A DNA stretch of 63,953 bases, filler included, from Octopus bimaculoides (Eukaryota), in assembly GCF_001194135.2 (NCBI RefSeq). It is 8 parts of 8 records of this genome, joined end to end, with 100 filler letters (N's around TTAATTAATTAA, not from the genome) between each part and the next. Parts side by side here need not be neighbours in the genome. Positions count along the whole stretch, not along the records: positions 21,343 to 26,171 come from NC_068997.1; positions 26,272 to 34,918 come from NC_069003.1; positions 35,019 to 41,257 come from NC_068982.1; 5 more parts are not named here. The stretch is one strand, 5' to 3'. Of this stretch, positions 24,289-36,198 are shown one piece after another. The notes under the pieces are model-generated. The model was given only the letters and a program-made list of their open reading frames with translations. It did not search any database and was not told where the DNA came from. Numbering within the stretch: the stretch's first letter is position 1; the number at the start of each line of letters is the position of its first letter. Both the position numbers and the translations under genes were made by a program.

Positions 24289-26272
24289 AAGTGTGCGCGG
24301 CTGCGTGTGAGTGTAATCAAGGATGTTAAAAGCTTTCTCCATCCTATTTGAATGACTTGGCTTATTAGCGTACAGCATATATTTTAGACGAATATTAACT
24401 GTTTATTTATTGCCAATTATTAGATAACTTGCAACTAGTTTGTAACAACAGAATTTTATTGCTTACTGAATTAAACAGCTATCGTTGTGTGTCCAATAAA
24501 GAAACCAGAGAAAAAATACCAACAATTGATGTATCTCAACGAAGTTTCATCGCTTCAGCGGAAAACGTTTGAAACCAAAGAGTATTTTGATTATTCTCAA
24601 CAGCAATATTAATCAAATTTATTGTAAAACGTATGTTTGTCCAACGGCATACGTATATATGTATAATGTGCGAGTGTATATATATATATATAATATATGT
24701 ATATATATATATAATATATATATATATGTATACACACACACACACACAGACAGACACACACACACACNNNNNNNNNNNNNNNNNNNNNNNNNNNNNNNNN
24801 NNNNNNNNNNNNNNNNNNNNNNNNNNNNNNNNNNNNNNNNNNNNNNNNNNNNNNNNNNNNNNNNNNNNNNNNNNNNNNNNNNNNNNNNNNNNNNNNNNNN
24901 NNNNNNNNNNNNNNNNNNNNNNNNNNNNNNNNNNNNNNNNNNNNNNNNNNNNNNNNNNNNNNNNNNNNNNNNNNNNNNNNNNNNNNNNNNNNNNNNNNNN
25001 NNNNNNNNNNNNNNNNNNNNNNNNNNNNNNNNNNNNNNNNNNNNNNNNNNNNNNNNNNNNNNNNNNNNNNNNNNNNNNNNNNNNNNNNNNNNNNNNNNNN
25101 NNNNNNNNNNNNNNNNNNNNNNNNNNNNNNNNNNNNNNNNNNNNNNNNNNNNNNNNNNNNNNNNNNNNNNNNNNNNNNNNNNNNNNNNNNNNNNNNNNNN
25201 NNNNNNNNNNNNNNNNNNNNNNNNNNNNNNNNNNNNNNNNNNNNNNNNNNNNNNNNNNNNNNNNNNNNNNNNNNNNNNNNNNNNNNNNNNNNNNNNNNNN
25301 NNNNNNNNNNNNNNNNNNNNNNNNNNNNNNNNNNNNNNNNNNNNNNNNNNNNNNNNNNNNNNNNNNNNNNNNNNNNNNNNNNNNNNNNNNNNNNNNNNNN
25401 NNNNNNNNNNNNNNNNNNNNNNNNNNNNNNNNNNNNNNNNNNNNNNNNNNNNNNNNNNNNNNNNNNNNNNNNNNNNNNNNNNNNNNNNNNNNNNNNNNNN
25501 NNNNNNNNNNNNNNNNNNNNNNNNNNNNNNNNNNNNNNNNNNNNNNNNNNNNNNNNNNNNNNNNNNNNNNNNNNNNNNNNNNNNNNNNNNNNNNNNNNNN
25601 NNNNNNNNNNNNNNNNNNNNNNNNNNNNNNNNNNNNNNNNNNNNNNNNNNNNNNNNNNNNNNNNNNNNNNNNNNNTATATATATATATATATATATATAT
25701 ATCTTAGTGTAACTATAGCGTCAATAATGACAGCGGGTATGCTTATCTTACCTAAATGCATTGAAAATGACAATGCAATAGAATTGTAATTATTTCTGCC
25801 GTCCATCTTTCATTAGGATGGTTGCCAGTTCTTATCTCAGTAGTTTTACCAGAACAAACTGCATAAACTGAACAAAATGTCATCAGTTACTTCAAGTGGA
25901 TGTGAATTTGACGTTTTGTGCTATATTTCTCAGCGTACTCCAAAACACAGATCTCCCTGGGGCCTCAGAAATCTATATACACGCACACGTATAAGTGTGC
26001 GTGTGTACACTATACAAATATATATGTATGTACGTGTGTATGTGTTCATCTATATACATACATACATACATACATACATACAAACAAACATACATACATA
26101 CACACACACACACACGCACGCACACACACACACACACATACACACGCATATATATATATATATATATATATNNNNNNNNNNNNNNNNNNNNNNNNNNNNN
26201 NNNNNNNNNNNNNNNTTAATTAATTAANNNNNNNNNNNNNNNNNNNNNNNNNNNNNNNNNNNNNNNNNNNNT

Positions 26273-26480
26273 GGTGGGGTGGAGGGAGGGGACCCTGCCC
26301 TGGACTGAAGACCCCGAATGGCCTCTGCAGGTAACTGTGGAGGTCCTAGCGGAAGTTGAAATGTTCAGGGTGATGGACTCTTTCCCAAAGGACCAGTATA
26401 GGTTTGCCTTTTGGCGCACCGATGTGGAATTACATGACTGCTTGCAGGAGGCATATGGCCTGGTTGAAGAGAAAGCATAA
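26273..26480 (+). other. 3' end of an unidentified GC-richer ORF (...WREGTLPWTEDPEWPLQVTVE...YGLVEEKA*), probably of mobile-element origin
   Basis: Open from the gap edge to TAA; followed by three hairpin repeats and AATAAA. Confidence 0.35.
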
Positions 26481-26607
26481 GAGGCCTTAGTGCCTCAATT
26501 TGCATTGTCAATATTGTTTGTATTCTTTGGTAAGAGGCTCAGCGCCTCAATTTGTAAAGACGATTACGGGAATTATTATTGAACTGAGGTAAGAGGATTA
26601 GTGCCTC
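26481..26607 (+). repeat. Three direct repeats of a GAGG(C)-loop-(G)CCTC hairpin, each followed by ATTTG/TTTTG
   Basis: Hairpins at 26481-26496, 26534-26548 and 26593-26607, each preceded by TAA. Confidence 0.7.
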
Positions 26608-26749
26608 ATTTTGTTTTGTTTTTAAATAAAAATAACTATGTTTTCGAGAATGCAACAATCGGTGGGCGTTGCTGCTTCTCCCACCAACCATTTCTTTCAT
26701 TCCATCATCATCGTGTCCTCGTCCAGCCCTCAGCTACTACTTCTGTGTA

Positions 26750-27008
26750 ATGCCTTAATGGCAAATCGAATGAAATAAAGTACCATCCGGGAGATCGATT
26801 AGATCGGGAAGCTGGTCGATATGGTCTTGCTTAGATTGTAAAGTTACTTCCATACCTATACCAGACCAGTTTTGCTTAGGTATTTTTTGATATCCAATAT
26901 TGTCGCTTCGTCCTCTTTTAGACCTTCCAGGACGGCCGTCACTAACCAGGTGATCGATATTTCTGGCGGCACATTCAACATCCTAATTTTGGCCGCGATA
27001 ACTGGGAA
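26750..27008 (-). mobile_element. Tx1/L1-type ORF1 fragment
   Basis: AAKIRMLNVPPEIS...WSGIGMEVTLQ...DQLPDLIDLPDG, similar to the ORF1 region near 32900-33050. Confidence 0.5.
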
Positions 27009-27165
27009 TGAAGAAGTTGTTAGGTAGTCATGATGGACATACTGGGTTTCTTATATTTTACCCCAGTATCACTTTGATGGTATGCGTTACTCTCTCACTC
27101 AGTAATAATAAAAATGATGATGATGATGATGATGATGATGATAACAACAACAATAGCAACACCAC

Positions 27166-27220
<55 letters not shown>

Positions 27221-27223
<3 letters not shown>

Positions 27224-27944
27224 CATGTGAGAAACAAAAGTGGTATAGTGGAAGAGATGGACAATTGCTCGCAAGAATATAATACCGTGAATCGCGAAAG
27301 AATTGAGTTGAGTGACTATTCAAACAATGAAGATCGATTAATGATAGACAGATTTTGGATCTATTAAATACAAAATGGACAGAATTTATGTGCAACTTTA
27401 AGAAGGCTAACCAATGGAGACTAAATCAAGAGACGAATAAAGTCAATATTGTTCTGAAACACATTGAAACAAAGAACATCTCACAAACAAATAATCTTAT
27501 CAAGGCTGTCAGTAGAATTGTGACGGAAAGGATGGGATTGAGAACTACTGAGAATAAAACAGCGACGGATAGAAAAGGAAATAATCAACCGTGGTGTTAA
27601 AGGAGTATTTCTCAAGATTTAAGTTTCTTGAGCAGTGTAGTGTCAGTACTTGTCAGGAAAAGAAATGGAGAACTTAAGAAAGAATGGAAATCCGAAAAAT
27701 TCCGAAGAATGGAAATCCGAAAAACTACGAAGAAGTATGGTGTCGATGCAAACGGCATGAATGTTATAATGGAAGAACTGAAGCACCGCATACATGCAAA
27801 AATAGCAAAGCTAACTAGGTTTGAACAACGAATTAAGCAATACCAGCAAAGCAAATTGCTTAGGACCGACCAAAATAGATTTTGTCAACGGGCATATGGC
27901 GTAGTGGTTACTAACCCCAAGATTCCGAGTTCGATTCAGTGACA

Positions 27945-28011
<67 letters not shown>

Positions 28012-30351
28012 TGATGATGATGATGATGATGATAAAATCGAAAAATACCTTAGGAATGAGAACCCAGGTTTGAAATTTCCCCAGGACACCTGATGAAGGC
28101 TGGAGGGTATATCAGCCGAAACGTTGTTAACTACAAACAAGATGAGGACAAATATCCGTCAAATGTAAATAATGTAAATAATGTAGATTAATGATGGTAC
28201 AAAACGTAAAAGATTAGTCCCTGATGCTGATGGAAGCCGACTTTTTGGGGTAAAATATGGAGTAAGCAAGAACAACATAATACTACAGCTGAATGGCTCT
28301 GCAGCCTAAAGCAAACAGCTTCTTACCCCCAGCAAGAGGCTATCCACTTCACAGAAGACAGTATCAGAAATATGAGTAAAAAATAAGCAAGTAGGAAGTA
28401 GCAGGACCTGGTGGTGTATAGGGATATGGGATTAAAATGTTCAGTAGTTGCCGTAAATTAATCGAAGAACAATTCAATGCATAGTTCAATAGAGTACAAA
28501 TCCCCGGCTGATTGACAAAAGGATGAACGGTGTTGTGGCTTAAGGATGCATGAAAGGAAAATGCTGCTCTCAATTACAAACTAATTTCCTACCTCTCATT
28601 AATGTGGGAGTTACTGTCAGGAGGAATTACAGAAGAACTGTATAAATTTCTTGATGAGAAAGATATATTACCACCGGAACAAAAAGGTTGTAGTAGGAGA
28701 TTCAGCGGTACCAAAGATCAACTATTGATAGACAAGATGGTAATGCAAGATTGTAAACGGAAGAGAACAAATCTGGGGATGGCCTGGATTTACTATCGCA
28801 AAGCTTATGACATGATTCTACATTCGTGGATCATCGAGTGTTTAGATCTGTTTGGAATTGCGAGGAATGTAACGTGTTTCCTGAAGAAAAGTATGGTGCG
28901 ATGGAAAACTGAACTGACATCTTACGAAAGAAGCTTGGGTACCCTGGGTATCACCAGCGGGACTTTCCATGGTGACAGCCTATCTCCGTTGCTTTTCGTT
29001 CTCTGCATGATACCCCTAACCTTGGTACTCAGGAAAATGAACCTGGGGTACTAACTAAAGGGGAAATCCCAAATAATCAACCACCTCCTCTTCATGGATG
29101 ATTTGAAACTGTATGGCAAAGATGAGATACAAGTGAGTTCCTTGATGAACACGGTCCACTGCTTTAGTACTAATATTAGAATGGAATTTGAACTCAATAA
29201 GTGCGCAATAATCTATCTAAAAATGGGCAAGATACAATCCCTAGCAGGCATAAAATTACCGAATAGAGACATGATTTAGCAAATTGAAACGGAAGGATAC
29301 AAATACCTTAGTGTACTAGACGTCAACGAGATAATGGAAAAGGAAATGAAAGAGTAACTGAAGTGAGGATGGAGCATTTCCGAAGACTGTGGTTGGTGCT
29401 GCGTTCAAAATTGGCTGGATGGAATAAAATCCAAGCAGTTAATACATGGGTGATAGCATCACTTCAGTATGGAGTGGTAATTATAACATGGCAAAAAAAA
29501 AAAAGATGTGATGAAGGTGGATACCAAGACCAGAAAAATGTTGACAGTATACGGAGCCTTCTACCCATTGAGTGATACTGATAGGCTGTACTTGTCCAGA
29601 AGAAAAGGTAGGCGAGATTTGATCAGTTGCCAGGACTGCATCGAAGCGGAGGAAAACAGGTTAGGGTGGTATATAAAAAATGCGGTGGAGCCATTGTTGA
29701 AGCATACGAAAAAGGCTGGCGTCATCAAAACTGAAAATTGTGTAATGAAAGAAAAATTTAAACAAGAAATGAACACAAAAAAACAGAAAAAGCATGGAAG
29801 GAAAAAAATGTACAGCCAGTTTGCAATAAATATGAACGCGAAGAAAGATACAGAGGACCGGTGGCTATGGATGAGTAGGAGTGACCTGAAGATAGAGACA
29901 GAAGCATTCATATGCGCAGCTGAAGAACAAGCGTTAATGATTAACTATGTGAAGTGCAGAATAGACAACGCTGCTAGACAAATGTAGAATGTGTGGTGAG
30001 AGGGATGAAACGGTATGGCACAATGCGATAATGGAAAAGGAAATGAAAGAGTAACTGAAGATTGTGGTTGGTGCTGCGTTCAAAATTGGCTGGATGAAAT
30101 AAAATCCAAGATGGAATAAAATCGTCAGCAAGCACCCGAAATTGACACAACGCGCTTATAAAAGATGCTATGACAATGTGGCAAGAATAATACATTGGGA
30201 CCTTTGTGGATATCACGACCGACAAATATCAAAGGCGTGATATGAGCAAACCCCAGACGGTGTCACCAAAGATGAAAACTGGAAAATCCTGTAGGATACA
30301 ATGATCCAGTGCGATCATCCGACCAGAAATAGGAAACCGGACCTTGTTGTG
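27221..30351 (+). mobile_element. Degenerate, near full-length R4/Dong-clade non-LTR retrotransposon (RT + CCHC + RLE), interrupted at about 27893-28190 and truncated at its 3' end
   Basis: [59 protein letters not shown] and HPTRNRKPDLVV motifs, with many stops and frameshifts. Begins directly after (AAT)n. Confidence 0.9.
28085..28130 (+). ncRNA. Minimal type I hammerhead-like motif (Penelope-type), stem I degenerate
   Basis: ACAC-CUGAUGA-A-GGCUG-(10 nt)-CAGCC-GAAA-C-GUU|GU, with palindromic AACGUU at stem III. Confidence 0.55.
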
Positions 30352-33100
30352 GACAGCTTCCTCTCAGCCCATTTATGGGTGAGATTGACCACTCTGCTCG
30401 TCACCACCACCCAGTTCTTGTCCGCCTGGAGTTCCAAGCCAAACCAGCACGTACAGAAGAGGCGAGAGTGGGCATCCTTGACGGACCAAACAAGCGATGC
30501 TAAATGATTCCGACAGGTGGCCATTTACTTTGGCTGTCGCTGTACATTGCAACGATTTAGCCTCTGAAAATTCTGAAAACGGGATCGAAATTTGCTGCCG
30601 CGAGAACAGCCTCCAAGTATTGGTGGTCGACCTTATCAAAAGCTTTCGGTTGATCCAAACTGATCAGGGCTCTACCAATGCCAGGCTCCTCTCTTTGATG
30701 TAGCGTGTGAGGCGGAGGCTGTTTAGATAGTTTTGTTTCGGATGGCGCATATCTGCGCGTCATCAATCAGCTTATCAACCACAAGCTAACACCGTCTTGG
30801 TTAACACCTTGTCCAAAGTCTTATAATCTGCATTCAGCAGATCAGTTTTTTCCAGCTTGTTCGGGTCCTTTCTCAACAGCACCACCACTCCGTTCTGCTG
30901 CCAGTTGTTGTAGACATCTGCCAAGAGACCACCGAACAAGTCTGGCGTGTGAAAATAAAGATCGAAGGGCAAACCATCCAGCTCCGGAGACTTCTCTCTT
31001 GCGCAGCTCGTCATCGCCTCCCGTATATTATCGTTATTTCGCAGAATTTCGCATCCATGGCCGAGAGCCGTTGCATGCCACTGAGATAGGAGGTGAAATA
31101 CACCTCCGTCCCCAAACTACCATGCGCACCCTACAGTTCGGCGAAGTGCCGCTGAAATTCTGCACAAATCTGCTTGGATTTGGGTGTTATGCACCCATCA
31201 CAGCTCGCCAAAGACCGAATTGTTGCTTTGTTTCCACGTAGCACCTCCGCCATCCGGGCCCATTGAACGGCTTTCCTCCCCTCTCGTCTCAGTGCATGCA
31301 CCCTAGCTCTGACAACGCAACTTTCGTGCTTGGCTTTGAAGAATTGATCAAGAACCAATCTCACCACCAGCACGTCGGTCGCTATGGCTTTCCATAGTGC
31401 CTCATCTAGCTTTCTAAGTCTCCATCTAGCCTACATTCCTCTAACGCTATTTCCTTACTTAAACCTATCGCCTCTACTCAGGGCTATCCACCGTCGGTTG
31501 TTGACGATTTCACCCGCCAACGTCCGATGGACTAATTTGCTAACCCAGTCTCTGTAATCTTGGTGCCCCGGGAATGATGCGTTCAGCTTTCAGTATTCGG
31601 GCCCCTGTCTGTGGTCCCTATCTATGTCGACCGTGCAGATCACAAATTTGTGGTCCATGTAGCCGACGACTCTGAACTACGGAAGCTTATACCACTTCTA
31701 TTTACAGACCTACAAATCTGGCTGCCACGCCCTCGTAAGGTCGTATACAGCGACTAGTCTGAAGGCACCACCTTCACTGTTGCTCAAGTACAGGACCACC
31801 AACCAGCCCTCCGGGTCCAGGAAGATACTCCGAACCTCGAGATCCAGACCTTTCCTAAACAGCACAGCTACCTCGCGTCCCATTCCGAACCGACTAAGAG
31901 ATGCGTAGATCTCATAATCGTCGAAAATGGGTGCCACAGCGTGTGTATCGGAAATCCTGGTCTCACTGGCTACTTTCACATCTAACTCATGCGACATGAA
32001 GTCATTGAGAAAACGGCCTTGCTTCCAGCGCGACCTCATCCCGCAAACATTTATGGATCCCCCTCTGACAATAGCGATGACGGCTCGAAAGAGTTAAGGA
32101 AAAGAAAAAGAACGGGTTCACTTACCCTCCTAGAGCTGTTGGAACCCCGGTGACCCGGGCTGCGGTTCTGGTCGTGGTTCCTGTTGTAAATCGGCTAATA
32201 GTCTCTTCGTAAATTGCACCCCTCACTCAATCTCTTTGTTTCTGGCTATGAGAGCCACCGAACTTTTGTCGGCTCTCCACACCAGCATATAATTGGGTAT
32301 TTCTGTATTTGTGAGTATAAAGTTTCTTTTTGAGGCTACGTGTCGTTGTGAGTGCATTGATGGATTTGGTTGGGGTAGTGGTGGTTATGGTGCTGGTGTT
32401 GTTTTTGTTGTGTCTATGTTCGATGTGCTAGGGCTTGCTGTATTTTCAGGTGTTGGTGTAAGTTTACCTGTTTTCTTTTTCTTTTGTCTTCGTTGTTTTT
32501 TTCGCTTTGTAAGGTTCGTCCACGTCTTCACTACGGAAGAAGAGGGACTAGTGTCTGTAGGATCTGTCTCAGTGACTGTGTTTGTGACAACGTGAGCGTG
32601 TCTGTATGAAAGTATGCTTGAGAGAGGGTGTGAGGAGTTGGGGCTAGTGTGAGAGACAACCTGGGTGGTTATCTCCATTGTATGGGGTTCACGTGCTTCT
32701 GTTGTTGTTGGAGACGAGGCTACAGTTTTGTTAAAAGTTCTCTCTTCTTGCTGTTACTGTTGTTGACGATGCGATGTAGGCAACAGGTGTGGCCGCGTAC
32801 CTCCCAACGTTTTGGACAGAAGGCTCTGAGGTGGCTTGTGGCCCCCACAGATATTGCATCTGAGCTTCCTGCCTTCCACAACGACACGCAGTCCCCACCC
32901 CACCCCTTTGAGCAGCTGAATCAGGTCCGAGATCTTTTCGATATTCTGGTTTTACATGGATTAATACTGCTTCCTTCTCTGTATATGGGCCATATCGGTT
33001 AGAATTTCTTTTGGGGACTTCTCAACCTGACTAATGGAGGCGATTATCGCTCTCCTACTCTTGCATGATACGTATCTAAAATAGACCGTCTTTTTTTTTG
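30352..33100 (-). mobile_element. Degenerate Tx1/L1-clade LINE (ORF1 CCHC knuckle, APE endonuclease, partial RT)
   Basis: CNICGATSHLRAFC knuckle at about 32815-32860; ETRISD/DPEGWLVV APE motifs; KSPELDGLP, LLNADYK, DQPKAFDKVDH and VRQGCPLSPLLYVL RT motifs. Confidence 0.88.
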
Positions 33101-33275
33101 TTTAGACTCTATCATTTCGAGAGGTACGAGCACTGCTGATTTACTCCACTTAAACTTAATAATGTGGTTTGCTTTTGAAAGTTCCCGTGTTTTCTCAACG
33201 AGTGCGATGGAAAACATCTCCCTCTTTGTGTTCGCTACGTCGGCAAACCTTTTGGCTTTGTTGTTGTTGTCGCTT

Positions 33276-33310
<35 letters not shown>

Positions 33311-33839
33311 GNNNNNNNNNNNNNNNNNNNNNNNNNNNNNNNNNNNNNNNNNNNNNNNNNNNNNNNNNNNNNNNNNNNNNNNNNNNGTGGTGGTGGTGGT
33401 GGTGGTGGTGGTGGTGGTGGAGCTCTGACCTCTTCCACTGTTGCTACTCTCACCATTACTATTACCGCTACTTCCTTCGAAACTACTGTCTGTGCTACCA
33501 CTGTCATTTCTGCAGCTGCTGCTGTTGCTCGTGGTGTTGCCGCCACCACTACTACTGCTGCTGCTACTGTAACTACTGCCGCTAATACTATCACTGCTAC
33601 CACTGCTGTTGTTGATGTTACCACTGCTGCTACCGCTACAGCATTCGCTGTTGCTGCTGCGAGGTGGGCTTTGTACTTTCCCCTCTGCGATTTCTCTTCC
33701 CCTTCTCCTGTAAAAGAGGGAAGTGGAGGGAAGTCTTCAGCTGTAAGATGGCTGGCGGGACATAATTTTTGAGTGTATAAAATTATCACAAAACAATGTT
33801 ATTCAATAATGAAAGAATAATGAGGGTGTAGCAGAGTTA

Positions 33840-33891
33840 CGACACACCTCGGCAGCACCGACACACCTCGGCAGCACCGACACACCTCGGC
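33840..33891. repeat. 19-bp tandem repeat, about 2.7 copies (CGACACACCTCGGCAGCAC)
   Basis: Direct reading. Confidence 0.9.
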
Positions 33892-33904
33892 TCATAGGGT
33901 TGGG

Positions 33905-34490
33905 AATTCTGTTCCGCTGCCAGTTGCGGTGGACGTCTGACAAGGGATCACGAACGAGTCTGGCCTATGAAGATAAAGCTCGAAGAGCAGAACATCCAAA
34001 CCTGGAGACTTCTCTGTTGAGCAGCTTGTCATCGCGTTACGTACCTTTTCAGCTGTTATCAACACATCGCAGAACTCTGCTTCTCTGGTGGAGAGCTACG
34101 ATAGGCTATCGAGGTAGAAGGTAAAACTCCACCCCGTCTCCGATCCACTATTATTGTCATACAGTTCAGCAAAGTGCCTCTGAAATTCTGCACATATCTG
34201 CTTGGACTCGAGTAGCAAGAGTCTATCCAGGCCCGTCAAAGACAGAATTGTGACTTACTTGCCACGTTCCATCTCTGTCACCCATCATTCTCTCCTGTCT
34301 TGGTACTGAAGACTTAATCAAGAGTCAATCTCACCGCCAACACATCGGTCGCTATGCATTTTCTAAGTGCGTCTTCTAACTCCCTAGTAGATGTCTTCCT
34401 AGTAGAAGTCTTCCTAGTAGAAGTCTTCCTAGTAGAAGTCTCCCGCTACTCTATGGATATTTCCTTAATATATCCTGGCGCCTCTGCTTT
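33905..34490 (-). mobile_element. Second, more degenerate Tx1/L1 fragment homologous to about 30885-31490
   Basis: Colinear similarity, e.g. GATAAAGCTCGAAG...GGAGACTTCTCT...GTCATCGC. Contains a 15-bp x4 expansion at 34383-34442. Confidence 0.75.
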
Positions 34491-34514
34491 AATAGTCCGT
34501 TGCAGGGCTATCCA

Positions 34515-34842
34515 CTAAGGGTTCTTTAAGGATGATGAATGAAACCCCCATGTTTCCAGAGGTGAATTATTCAAATACCAAATACTGCCTCTCAACACAT
34601 GGCTATGATGCCCCTCCCCACTACTTCTGCTAGTGTTCAGAGATGCACATATCGTCAGCCACTAACGGACATGCTCAACTGGTTAAGGTGAAACAACTGA
34701 CAAACAAATCTGCAGCATTGAGCTGAATATTTACTCTAGACAATCTTTTATACCAAGACAAAACAATGTACATGACAACACTTCCAATCAGTTAAGATCA
34801 GAGGCCATGTGGGCCACTGACTGGTACTGCATCAGGGCATTT
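34515..34842 (-). mobile_element. Family A element, 5' half, abutting (ATT)n(AGT)n
   Basis: Homologous to about 22200-22513. Confidence 0.75.
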
Positions 34843-34860
34843 TATTATTATTATTATTAT

Positions 34861-34918
<58 letters not shown>

Positions 34919-35019
34919 NNNNNNNNNNNNNNNNNNNNNNNNNNNNNNNNNNNNNNNNNNNNTTAATTAATTAANNNNNNNNNNNNNNNNNNNNNNNNNN
35001 NNNNNNNNNNNNNNNNNNA

Positions 35020-35262
35020 AAGACACCATTTCGAGCATGGCCATTGCCAGTACCGCCTGACTGGCCTTCGTGCGGGTGACACATAAAAGCACCCACTACA
35101 CTCTCTGAGTGGTTGGCGTCAGGAAGGGCATCCAGCTGTAGAAACTCTGCCAAATTAGATTGGAGCCTGGTGTTGCCATCCGGTTTCACCAGTCCTCAGT
35201 CAAATCGTCCAACCCATGCTAGCATGGAAGGCGGACGTTAAATGATGATGATGATGATGATG
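35020..35262 (+). mobile_element. Retroelement 3' end (family E) with (GAT)n tail
   Basis: ...AACCCATGCTAGCATGGAAGGCGGACGTTAAATGATGATG; related ends at about 14140-14275, 45270-45340, 46690-46750 and 62740-62790. Confidence 0.65.
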
Positions 35263-35710
35263 ATATATATATATATATAATATATATCTATATTTTTAGA
35301 GAGAGACACACACACATTCACACACAGACACACACACACGTACACACAAACACTCACGCACACACAGGGACACATACACACAATAATAAACAACTTTTGT
35401 CCTCATGTCTAATTTCATAGAAAAGGTTGCACTGTGAAACAGACATAATGTAAACTTCTTTGCAGGTTCACAGTACTGGCAATGTTATGATACCCTTTGA
35501 CCTGTAGATAATCAGCTCATTAAAAGAAAATTCTAAAAACAATATCTTAGGAATTAATAAAAGTAAAGTTTGAAACAAATTAACATGACATTTTGATGGA
35601 AGGTTTTTATTTAGAACACTTTAAAATGCAAGTTTGTATCTTAAAACCAAAAGTGATCTCAGCTAAGATGGTATCAAGAGGGTTAATCTCTCTTAAGCAT
35701 GCTTATCATC

Positions 35711-35926
35711 TTAATCCTTTAGCATTTAAACCAGCCACATCTGGTTCAAACTGTGTTCAAACTGGCCAGATCCAACACTTTACAGCTACCCTACAATGTC
35801 ATTCTAAAAATTAACAATCACATCACTGAAATCTCAAAACTATGCGATAATACATAATTAATTCAAAACAATGTCAATAAATAAGAATTATATCTGACAG
35901 ATTAATCCGAGTGCCAAAGGGTTAAA
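35711..35926. mobile_element. piggyBac-like MITE
   Basis: TTAATCCTTTAGCATTTAAA...GTGCCAAAGGGTTAA; homologous to 59520-59735. Confidence 0.65.
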
Positions 35927-36061
35927 TAAAGAATAATACATTGGACAACGTTGTCTTAAGATAACCACAAGATGAATGATAATGAATATCATTGATCATA
36001 AGTCTGCTCAGTCATTGACAATCTGGGGATAAATAATAATAAAAATCTTACTTTTTAGTGA

Positions 36062-36198
36062 TTAGCATTTCTTTAACTTCTTCTTTATAAATACACAATT
36101 TGGGTAAGTTTTGAAATGTTCCATCATTGGATTATCATTTGCAGTCCATTTATTCAGTCCTCCATCACAATGAAAGCATATGGTACGGTCCTCAGGGC
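36062..36198 (-). CDS. IAP/BIR gene, last coding exon: (G)PEDRTICFHCDGGLNKWTANDNPMMEHFKTYPNCVFIKKKLKKC*
   Basis: CCTTCTTCCAG acceptor, phase 1, matching the donor at 38825. Contains the complete BIR zinc ligands C-x2-C-x16-H-x6-C. Confidence 0.92.

Noticed and set aside
26481-26607. CRISPR interpretation of the three hairpin repeats
   Set aside because: Only three imperfect units, no cas genes and a eukaryotic context; kept only as a structured repeat.
33670-33745. Minus-strand CTGAAGA...GAAA resembling a hammerhead core
   Set aside because: No stem I pairing and a poor stem III; purine/pyrimidine-rich low-complexity sequence.
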